Below, one piece after another: positions 13,831 through 24,688 of a DNA stretch of 64,000 nucleotides. Under the pieces are notes generated by a model, which saw nothing but the letters and a program-made list of their open reading frames with translations, did not search any database and had not been told where the DNA came from. The stretch spans positions 1,986,001-2,050,000 of the forward strand of contig CM075994.1 in the NCBI GenBank assembly GCA_038087875.1, read 5' to 3'. This DNA comes from Malacoraja senta (Eukaryota). A program made the translations under genes and the position numbers. Every line of letters begins with the position of its first letter. Positions within the stretch are counted from its first letter, which is position 1.

Positions 13831-15003
13831 GTATGGGACTCACACCCTTGTCATCTAATCTTTCTTCATCCTCATCAGCTCGACAGATGTACCATTGCAT
13901 GCAGTTCTGAAGTGGGTTTAAGGACCCTTGTTATGTAAAAAATGTTTATGCTAAATTTTCTGGCTCTGTTTTTTAATAAATTGCACTTGTGTTGTGTTTG
14001 AAAAGACACAAAGTGCCGGGATAACTCAACGGGTCTGGCAGCATCTCTGCCTGACCCGCTGAGTTACTCCAGCACTTTGTGTCTTTTTTTGTAAACCAGC
14101 ATCTTTAGTTTCTTGTTTCTAGATTTCTGTTCTGATGTTTGTTTAGCAAAGCACCCCAAAGCAACTAACAGAAACGTTACTGAATCAAAGCATCTTTTGG
14201 CAATGAGTTGATGAAAGAGATATCAAGTAGGTAGTAAAAAGAAAAGAGGAGATAGAAGTAGAAAAGTTTACAGAGGGGGTTTCAGGGCCTACAGACAGTG
14301 GAAATGAAAACACTGCCTCCATTGCGGAGCTATTAACATTGAAGGGGCATATGACACTGGAAATGGAGAGATAACAAATTTTCTATTTAAAATTGAACAT
14401 AGTTATATGTCGGCCTTCGATTGAAAGATGTTATACATTGAACATAGAATGGTGCAGCACGAGAAAAGGCCCTTCAGCCCACAATGTCCGACCTAACACA
14501 ATGCCAGTTAAACCAATCTACTCTGCCTGCACGTGATCCATATCCCTCCATACCCTGCATATCCAAAAGCCTCTTAAATGCCACGATCGTGTCTGCCTCC
14601 ACCACTACCCTTGGCAGGGTGTTTCAGGCCCCCACCACTTTGTAAATAAAACGTGGTCTCACGGATCTCCTTTAAACTTTGCCCATCTCACCTTAAAGCT
14701 ATCCCCCGTAGTCTTTGACATTTCCACCCTGGGAAAAGGGTTTTGGCTGTCTACCCTGTCTATGCCTCTCACAATTCCTCTCCCACACTCCAGAGAAAAC
14801 AATCCAAGTTTGTTTGACCTCTCCTTATACTGTAGCTAATACCCTGTAATCCAGGCAGTGAACCTGGTATATACAGATAGTATTGGACTGGGTGCCAGTG
14901 TCAGCATGCAAGCACTGGCATGAAGTGTGAGTTTAGGAAAATGGATTGAACGCACTGTTTTGTGTCTGGTGAAACATGGGTCAGCCAGGAGGATTTTCAA
15001 ATA

Positions 15004-18000
15004 GTCAAGTCAAGTCAAGTGAGTTTATTGTCATGTGTCCCTGATAGGACAATGACATTCTTGTTTAGCTTCAGCACACAGAACATAGTAGGCATTTACT
15101 ACAAAACAGATCAGTGTGTCCATATACCATAATATAAATATATACACACACGAATAAATAGAAACATAGAAAAATAGGTACAGGAGTAGGCCCTTCGAGC
15201 CTGCACCGCCATTCAATATGATCATGGCTGATCATCCAACTCAGTATCCCGTACCTGCCTTCTCTCCATACCCCCTGATCCCTTTAGCCACAAGGGCCAC
15301 ATCTAACTCCCTCTTAAATATAGCCAATGAACTGGCCTCAACTACCTTCTGTGGCAGAGAGTTCCAGAGATTCACCACTCTCTGTGTGAAAAAAGTTTTT
15401 CTCGTCTCGGTCCTAAAGGATTTCCCCTCTATCCTTGAGCTGTGACCCCTTGTCCTGGACTTCCCCAACATCGGGAACAATCTTCCTGCATCTGACCTGT
15501 CCAACCCCTTGAGAATTTTGTAAGTTTCTATAAGATCCCCCCTCAATCTCCTAAATTCTAGCGAGTACAAGCCGAGTCTATCCAGTCTTTCTTCATATGA
15601 AAGTCCTGACATCCCAGGAATAAGTCTGGTGAACCTTCTTTGCACTCCCTCTATGGCAATAATGTCCTTCCTCAGATTTGGAGACCAAAACTCTACGCAA
15701 TACTCCAGGTGTGGTCTCACCAAGACCCTGTGCAACTGCAGTAGAACCTCCCTGCTCCTATACACAAATCCTTTTGCTATGAATGCTAACATACCATTCG
15801 CTTTCTTCACTGCCTGCTGCACCTGCATGCCTACTTTCAATGACTGGTGTACCATGACACCCAGGTCTCATTGCATCTCCCCTTTTCCTAATCGGCCACC
15901 ATTTAGATAATAGTCTGCTTTCCTGTTTTTGCCACCAAAGTGAATAACCTCACATTTATCCACATTATACTGCATCTGCCATGCATTTGCCCACTCACCC
16001 AGCCTATCCAAGTCACCTTGCAGCCTCCTAGCATCCTCCTCACAGCTAACACTGCCCCCCAGCTTAGTGTCATCCGCAAACATGGAGACGTTGCATTCAA
16101 TTCCCTCGTCCAAATCATTAATATATATTGTAAATAGCTGGGGTCCCAGCACTGAGCCTTGCGGTACCCCACTAGTCACTGCCTGCCATTCTGAACAGGA
16201 CCCGTTTACTCCTGCTCTTTGCTTCCTGTTTGCTAGCCAGTTCTCTATCCACATCAATACTGAACCCCCAATACCGTGTGCTTTAAGTTTGTATACTAAT
16301 CTCTTATGTAGGACCTTGTCGAAAGCCTTCTGAAAGTCCAGATATAACACATCCACTGGTTCTCCCCTATCCACTCTACTAGTTACATCCTCGAAAAATT
16401 CTATGAGATTCGTCAGACATGATTTACCTTTCGTAAATCCATGCTGACTTTATCCAATGATTTCACCACTTTTCAAATGTGCTGCTATCCCATCTTTAAT
16501 AACTGACTCTAGCAGTTTCCCCACTACCGATGTTAGACTAACTGGTCTGTCATTCCCCGTTTTCTCTCTCCCTCCCTTTTTAGCTACCCTCCAATCCTCA
16601 GGAACTACTCCAGAATCTAAAGAGTTTTGAAAAATTATCACTAATGCATCCACTATTTCTGGAGCTACTTCCTTAAGTACTCTGGGATGCAGCCTATCTG
16701 GCCCTGGGGATTTATCGGCCTTTAATCCTTTCAATTTACCTAACACCACTTCCCGACTCACCTGGATTTCACTCAGTTCCTCAATCGCGGTCCCCTGCTA
16801 TTTCCGGCAGATTATTTATGTCTTCCTTAGTGAAGACGGAACCAAAGTACTTATTCAATTGGTCCGCCATGTCCTTGTTCCCCATGGTCAATTCACCTGT
16901 TTCTGACTGCAAGGGACCTACATTTGTTTTAACTAATCTCTTTCTCTTCACGTATCTATAAAAACTTCTGCAGTCAGTTTTAATGTTCCCTGCCAGTTTT
17001 CTTTCATAATCTATTTTCCCTTTCCTAATTAAGCCCTTTGTCCTCCTCTGCTGGTCTCTGAATTTCTTCCATTCCTCTGGTCGGCTGCTTTTTCTGGCTA
17101 ATTTGTACGCTTCATCTTTTGCTTTGATGCTATCCCTGATTTCCCTTGTTATCCACGGATGCACTACCTTCCCTGATTTATTCTTTTGCCAAACTGGGAT
17201 GAACAATTTTTGTAGTTCATCCATGCAGTCTTTAAATGCCTTGAATTGCATATCCACCGTCAACCCTTTAAGAATTAATCGCCAGTCAATCTTGGCCAAT
17301 TCATGTCTCATACCCTCAAAGTTACCTTTCTTTAAGTTCAGAACCATTGTTTCTGAATTAACCATGTCACTCTCCATCCTAATGAAGAACTCAACCATAT
17401 TATGGTCACTCTTGCCCAAGGGGCCACGTACAACAAGACTGTTAACTAACCCTTCCTCATTACTCAATACCCAGTCTAGAATAGCCTGCTCTCTCGTTGG
17501 TTCCTCTACATGTTGGTTTAGAAAACTATCCCGCATACATTCCAAGAAATCCTCTTCCTCAGCACCCCTGCCAATTTGATTCACCCAATCTATATGTAGA
17601 TTGAAGTCACCCATTATAACTGTTTTACCTTTGTTGCACGCATTTCTAAATTCCTGTTTGATGCCATCCCCAACTCTACTACTACTGTTAGATGGCCTGT
17701 ACACAACACCCACTAGTGTTTTCTGCCCCTTAGTGTTTCGCAGCTCTACCCATATCGATTCCACATCCTCCAAGCTAATGTCCTTCCTTTCCATTGCGTT
17801 AATAGACTGATAAAGTGCAGATAACAGATAATGGGTTATTAATAATCAGAGTTTTGTCCGAGCCAGGTTTAATAGCCTGATGCTGTGGGGAAGTAGCTAT
17901 TCCTGAACCTGGTTGTTGCAGTCTTCAGGCTCCTGTACCTTCTACCTGAAGGTAGCAAGGAGATGAGTGTGTGGCCAGGATAGTGTGGGTCTTTGATGAT

Positions 18001-18212
18001 ACTGCCAGCCTTTATGAGGCAGCGACTGCGATAAACCCCCTCGATGGAAGGAAGGTCAGAGCTGATGATGGACTGGGCAGTGTTTACTACTTTTTGTAGT
18101 CTTTTCCTCTCCAGGGCGCTCAAGTTGCCGAACCAAGCCACGATGCAACCGGTCAGCATGCTCCCTACTGTGCACCTGTAGAAGTTAGAGAGAGTCCTCC
18201 TTGACAAACCGT
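15004..18212 (-). mobile_element. Rex1/Babar-like LINE 3' part, interrupted by the CR1 at 15159-17783
   Basis: ORF 17869..18207 FYRCTVGSMLTGCIVAWFGN...LLPSGRRYRS...RFRNSYFP; (CTTGA)n tail at 15004-15020. Confidence 0.75.
15159..17783 (-). mobile_element. CR1-clade LINE, 5'-truncated, partial APE endonuclease + RT, disrupted
   Basis: ORF pieces with MGDFN, SDHNMVEF, YLDFQKAFDKV, GVPQGSVLGP, FADDTKL and LVRPHLEYC; (TTCTATGT)-like 3' tail at about 15159-15175; split by stops/frameshifts. Confidence 0.93.
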
Positions 18213-18424
18213 CTAGGAGTTACAAAGGCACAGAGGAGAATTTCAGCAGAAATTCCTGCTGATACAGGGTTTGAGTTGGGTGCTGCCATGGAGCTGTAGA
18301 CAGTCGTGGAGATGAGGCAGGTCTGTGGTCAGAACCTTATGTCTAGCCCAAACACTACGTGAAGAGCGCAGATGGTCCAGCTTAATTTTGGAGGCAGAGA
18401 AAAACAGGTTAGGGGTGACACACA

Positions 18425-18460
18425 ATGTCTGACGAAGGGTCCCGACCCGAAACGTCATCC
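18425..18460 (+). ncRNA. Minimal type I hammerhead-ribozyme-like core in a Penelope pLTR
   Basis: CTGACGA (18429-35), extra A, stem II GGGT-cccg-ACCC, GAAA (18449-52), palindromic ACGT stem III, GTC cleavage triplet ending 18456; stem I weak. Confidence 0.55.
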
Positions 18461-20206
18461 ATCCTTTTTCTCCAGAGATGCTGTCTGACCCACTGAGTTA
18501 CTTGAGCACTTTGTATCTATCTTTAGCATAAACCAGCATCTGCAGTTCTTTGTTTCTACATCCTTCCTACATCTGTATCCACTCAGATATCAACCTGGAG
18601 TTTCTCTGCAATCTCCCTAAAGACCACCCTCTCATAGAAGCACCTATATACGTGGAACCTGATCAAATTATGTCAGCAAGGGAATTACACAGAGGAAAAT
18701 AAAAGAGAGCTAAGTGGCGGCAGAGGAGCGCAGTGGGCAAGAACATAAGGAATAGGAGTAGAATTAGGTCATTCTGCCCAAGTCTACTCCGCCATTCAAT
18801 CATGGCTGTGTCTATCTCTCCCTCCTAAACCCATTCTCCTGCCTTCTTCCCATAACCTCTGACACCTGTACTTATCAAGAATCTATCTATCGCTGCCTTA
18901 AAAATATCCACTACAGCCTGATGTGGCAAAGAATTCTACAGATTCACCACCCTCTGACTAAAGAAATTTCTCCTCGGGGTAGAGTCGCTGCTTCACAGCG
19001 CCAGAGACCCGGGTTCGATCCCGACCTTGGGTGCTGTTTGTGTGTGGTATTTGCACGTTCTCCATGTGACTGTGAGGGTTTCCTCCGGGTGCTCCAGTTT
19101 CCTCCCACACTCCAAAGACGTGCAGGTTTGCAAGTTAATTGGCTTCTGTAAATTTTCCCCATGTGTGTAAGGCGTGGATGGGAAGGTGGGATAACATAGA
19201 ACTAGTGTGAACAGATGATCGATGACTGGCATGGACTTGATGAGCTGAAGGGCCTTTTTCCATGTTGTACCATTCATTGAATGAGTGAACAAAGCTAAGG
19301 ATATATCTCAGGCGTAGTTCAGAGAATTATTATTATTGAAACTGGTAAAAGAAAGTTGATATGAAAATAGTTTGGCAGTTCAGTCAGAATAGTGGAGGAG
19401 AGGTGCTGAGGAAGGGGTGTGTGGACCATGTGTGGAATGCTGTGGACATGTTGCGAAGAAACTGGATAGTTTACTGTGCTCTCTATGATGCAAAATGGTA
19501 CTTATTACTTTGATAAGAGTCATTTGTTGCTGTTTATTGCAGGTGGCCTGTTGCAGATTAATACCAATTCAGTTCTTGATTAAAATATATTTTTGCTGGA
19601 GTTTAATAACATGACCTCCATCTAAAATTTTGAAATGAAGGCTGAATTTTCAGAAACTTGTGCAAATCTGCTGGATAACATTAAATGAATATTTTTTTGA
19701 GCATATGACTATTGTTGCTGATGCCACAAGAAAAGTCACACCGATTTTTATATAGTTTCAGAAATTATCTCAGCCATTTAGAGAGCTTCATATCTTCTAC
19801 ATAAGCCTATTGATTATAATACTTATTACTGATATAGCTATATCTGAACATTGCCATTCATGCGTTAACATTTCTGAAGAGTGTGGTGTAACATATAAGT
19901 TTTATTTTCTGTATTATGGTAATTTGCTCACAACTTTAATCAAAATCGTGCAAGGTACAATAGAATCACACCATGACCAATCACTCCCAAATAAAACTGT
20001 TTTGGAATTAATTTGCAAGTTCATTTTAACTCATTCAATTCTTAATGCATTGGGGGGGGGGGGGGGGTTTCAAGAGCTTGCACAGCGGTTAGTGGCTTAG
20101 TAGCTCTAACACTCACTGAGATTTGTTGGACAGCTGTCTAGTTAACAGATAGTGAGTGAATCAATCACCTCAGTGGAGAAACAAACCATTTTGACCTCGG
20201 TCTTTA

Positions 20207-20511
20207 GGGCGCATGGTGGCACAGCTGTAGAGTTGCTGCCTTACAGCGCCAGAGACCCAGGTTCGATCCTGACTATGGGTGCTGTCTGTACGTAGTTTGT
20301 ATGGTCTCCCCGTTACCCTGTGCCCTTTTCCGCACATTCAAAAGACGTGCAAGTTTGAAGGTTATTTGGCATTGGTAAAAATGTATAAATAGTCCCTTGT
20401 GTGTAGGATAGTGCTAGTGAACAGGGTGATCGGTGGTCAGCACGGACTCGGTGGGCTTAGGCGGCGGTTTCCACGCTGTATCTCTCAACTAAACTAAACT
20501 AAACCAAACTA
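20207..20511 (+). mobile_element. V-SINE
   Basis: A/B boxes (ggttcgatcc), V-domain, (CTAAA)n tail. Confidence 0.8.
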
Positions 20512-21498
20512 TGGCATTGGTACAAATGACCACCACACTATCATAATATCATAACATGGATAGATGACGTTTTGGGTCAGGATCCTTCTTCAGATTCAAC
20601 CTGACCAGGTCCCAAACTGAAATGTCACCCATCCATGTATTCCAGGGATGCTGGTTGACCTGCTGAGTTACTCCAGCACTTTGTGATGTTCTTTGTAAAA
20701 CAGCATCTGCAGTTCCTTGTTTCTATTATAATGGAGGCTAACTCCTGGGAGAACTTTCTAGTTTAGTTTTTTTATTATCACCGAGGTACAGTGAAAAGCT
20801 TCATTGTTGCGTGCTATCCAGTCAGTGGAAAGACTGCATATGATTACAACCAAGTAGTCCATAATGTACGGACACAGGATAAAAGGAATTCCATTTAGTG
20901 CAAGATAATGTCAAGTAAAGTCTGATTAAAGATAGTCCGAGGGTCTCCAATGAGGTAGACAGTAGGCCAGGACCATTCTCTAGTTGATGATGGGATGTCT
21001 GTAGATTTCCCTAAAAGTTGCACCTTTCCCTGGAAATTTATCACCAGTCCTTCTTCATCACTAGGTCTAAATCCTGGAAGTTCCTGCCCAACAGCATTAA
21101 GGGGTTATTCTCAGCAGAACTGTAGTGATTGATACTGTGGTGAACTGCAGAGAGGCAATAAATGGTGGCTTTGTCCACGATGCCTGTATCTGAACAATGA
21201 AATAACCAAAAGAAATGAAGACAGGGTGCTGGAGTAGCTCAGCAGGTCGGGCAGCACCTCAGGAGAACATGGATAGGTGACATTTCGGGTCTTGGCCGTT
21301 CTTTAAACTGATGGTGGGGGTTGCGGGTAGGACAAAGCCTGGCAGGTAATAGGATGACACAGTGAGGGGGGTTATTTGATAGGAAGATGGTTGGACAGAG
21401 GTTAAAAGACAGAATGTGTGAGACAAAAGGATCGAACCCAGGGGGGTTGTTGGGGGGTGGTGGGGGGGGGGGGGGGAGAAATAGGTGTGTCCAGGTCT

Positions 21499-21804
21499 GG
21501 CACAGGTGGCGCAGCGGTAGAGATGCTGACCTGCAGCGCCAGAGATCCGGGTTCGATCCTGACTACGGGTGCTGTCTACGGAGTTTTTACGTTCTCCCTT
21601 GTGAACTGCATGGGATTTCTCTGGGGGTTCCGGTTTCCTCCCACATTTCAAAGATGTACAGGTTTGTAGGCAAATTGGCTTGGTAAAATTGTAAATTGTC
21701 CCTAGTGTGTGTACAATAGTGTTAATGTACGGGGATCGCTGGTCGGCGTGGACTCGGTGGGCCGCAGGGCCTGTTTCCATGCTGTATCTCAAAACTAAAT
21801 TAAA
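21499..21804 (+). mobile_element. V-SINE nested in a minus-strand Penelope remnant (about 21220-21920)
   Basis: Full SINE; PLE pLTR and GIY-YIG-tail sequence on both sides. Confidence 0.75.
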
Positions 21805-22387
21805 AGATGCGTTAAATGGTCGAAGAAGGGAGAGGGGGAGTGTTAAGTAGTTACCTAAAATTGGAGAATTCAGTGTTCATACTGTTTTGTTGTAAGCTAC
21901 CCGTGGAATATGAGGTGTGTCAAAATAAACGTTGGGGGCTCTAATCCCTTCTGCAATTGGCTGTTCATGAAGCTAAATATTTGGTTTTAATTTTACTTGG
22001 CTAATTATATTCAGCTAACAATGGTGCATCTGGAAGAACTGCTGCCTCACAGTGTCAGAGAGCAAGAATCGATCCTGACCACGGGTGACTGTTGTCTGTG
22101 TGGAGTTTGTACGTTCTCCCTGTGACCACGTGGGTTTTCTCTGAGTGCTCCGGTTTTCTCCCACATTCCAAAGACGTGTGGGTTTGTTGGTTAATCGGCG
22201 TCTGTGAATTGGCCCTAGCGTGTAGGGAGTGGATGACTGTGCACGCCATACGCAAGAAGAAGAAGAAGGTCTTTTAATCAGTTTAACCAATTAAAGCTTG
22301 AGGTCTTGATATTGTTTTATTTCAATGGTTCAGTGGTGCTTAATTGTCACATGTACCTAGGTTCAGCGAAATTTCATTTTTGTATAA

Positions 22388-22805
22388 GAAGGAACTGCAG
22401 ATGCTGGAAAGGTAGATAAAAATGCTGGAGAAGCTCAGCGGGTGAGGCAGCATCTATGGAGCGAAGGAATAGGCGGCGTTACGGGTCGAAACCCTTCTTC
22501 AGACTGATGTGGGGGTGGAGGGGGGGGGCGGGAAGAAGAAAGGAAGAGGCGAAGGCAGTGCGCTGAGGGAGAGCTGGGAAGGGGAGGGGAAAGAGAGAGA
22601 AAGCAAGGACAACCTGAAATTGGAGAAGTCAATGTTCATACCGCTGGGGTGTAGACTACCCAAGCAAAATATGAGATGCTGTTCCTCCAATTTACGGTGG
22701 GACTCACTTTGGCCATGGAGGAGGCCCAGGACAGAAAGGTTGGATTCGGAATGGGAGGGGGAGTTGAAGTGCTGAGCCACCGGGAGATCAGGTTGGTTAT
22801 TGCTG
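22388..22805 (-). mobile_element. Penelope-like element 3' end (GIY-YIG C-terminus + pseudo-LTR with hammerhead-like core)
   Basis: ORF 22499..22780 AQHFNSPSH...VLGLL...RKLEEQHLIFCLGSLHPSGMN resembles PLE GIY-YIG C-termini; CTGAAGA-AGGGTTTCGACCC-GTAAC downstream on the same strand. Confidence 0.75.
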
Positions 22806-23358
22806 TTCAGTCAAAATCCTACTATACGTAAGTACAATCATTCTGAAGTACAAGAGTGTAGGATCAGTAGGTTACACTGAGATAGTACACAAGAGTCGCC
22901 AGATTCCTGGCGCCATTTTGATTGCTTTTGGACACACATCTAGGCGAACCCGTTTTGTTTCATTGTGCTTGTTGTCATTCAGTTCAATTGCATGAATGGT
23001 TTATGAGCAATGCAAGGACTGTATAGTACCTCTTCTGTTTACAAACTTGATTTGCAACTATTTGGTCATTATAATTTGCCTCGTGTTAATAGTACACTAA
23101 CCCTGTTTGGTTAATGACCTAGACCAGTGACCTGTTGAGAAATTCTCACCTATCCTGTTTGCTTGTCTGGGATATGAGGCAGAGCATTTGTTTCCCTTCA
23201 GTACTCCAGTCTTGAAAGAATGTTAAAGTCATGTGACTCTAAAAGCTGGACAACTCTGAAGGTGTAAATATCTCTTGAATTCTTGTGCAAGCAAAGTAAA
23301 TTGATATTGAAAATCCATTTTGCAGATTATTGAGAACAATACAGCTTTATTGAGTTCA

Positions 23359-23618
23359 AGAAGGAACTGCAGATGCTGGAATATCGAAGGTAGACAAAAA
23401 TGCTGGAGAAACTCAGCAGGTGCGGCAGCATCTATGGAGCGAAGGAAATAGGCAACGTTTCAGGCCGAAACCCTTCTTCAGACTGAAGAAGGGTTTCGGC
23501 CCTAAACGTTGCCTATTTCCTTATCAATTTTCAATATCAATTTACAGGAAACGTTGCCTATTTCCTTCGCTCCATAGATGCTGCCGCACCCGCTGAGTTT
23601 CTCCACATTTTTGTCTAC
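23359..23618. mobile_element. Fold-back element made of two inverted Penelope pLTR copies
   Basis: Palindrome centre CCCTTCTTCAG-A-CTGAAGAAGGG at 23482; 17-bp flanking duplication CAGCTTTATT(G/T)AGTTCA at 23342-23358 and 23619-23635. Confidence 0.8.
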
Positions 23619-23740
23619 CAGCTTTATTTAGTTCAGTTGAATAATTAATGGCTATGTTTGCCATTTATATTTCATGTTGGAAAGGCAAATTGCAATTCTT
23701 ATTTTAAATAACATACTGAAGGCATCTGTTTCGTCCTTAG

Positions 23741-23971
23741 GAGACCTACATTGAGATCCAAACGGAACATTTGCCCCAGCTGTTGGTGCGAATGGTGTCT
23801 GCCCTGTCCAGCCACCTGCAGGCTTTGTGCCTCTCTGAGCTCACCGACTGTCTCAAGCTGTGCTCCAAAATACTGAGCAAAGTACAACCGCCTTTGCTGT
23901 CACCCGGGGCAGAGAACAGACTACATTACCCAGGACACTCCAACTTTGCCCAACAGACGGAAGAGAAAAGG
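23741..23971 (+). CDS. DOP1A: DOP1A exon (ETYIEIQTEHLPQLL...TEEKR)
   Basis: ccttAG / GTaaat; open frame, 231 nt, phase 0-0. Confidence 0.94.
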
Positions 23972-24688
23972 GTAAATTTTATCGACGGATTAGCTACTGT
24001 TTTTATTGAGGGTTTTTTTGTCTGCAAGTTGAAACTTAGTTATCTTTAATTAGACTTTTCTGTCTACCCCATATGACCGTTGCTGTTTCCATATAACCCC
24101 CCCACCTCCCTCGCCTCTCCTGGGCTCGCACCTATTTCTCCCCTCCATCTCCTCTTCCATCTGCATTCCTTACTCTAGCTTCACAATTCGCAATTCTTTG
24201 ATCATTTTGTCGCACACCTTTTCACCTCTGTTTCAACCATCTTCCTAGCAAATAACCCTCCTCACTGTGTCAGCCTATTACCTGCTAGGCTTCATTTATT
24301 TTGATTATTTCATTGTTCAGACACAGGTGTCGTGGAGAAAGCCAACATTTATCGCCTAGCTGCAATAGTCCTCCATCTGCCTTCCCAAATCACCTCCGTC
24401 CCTCTGGTGAGAATGACCCCTCAATCCTGTTGGGCAGGGACTTCCATGATTTAGACCCAGCGATTAAGAAGGACTGGTGATAAATTTCGAAGTCAGGGGA
24501 ATGTGCAGCTTTTGGGGAAATCCACACTCATTCCAACACCAACTACAGAGCGATCCTGACCTACCCCATCTACCTCATTGGAGACCCTCGGACTATCTTT
24601 AATTGGACTTTTCTAGACTCTATCTTGGACTAAACGTTATTCCCTTTATCCTGTATGTGCACACTGTGGACGGCTCGATTGTAATCAT

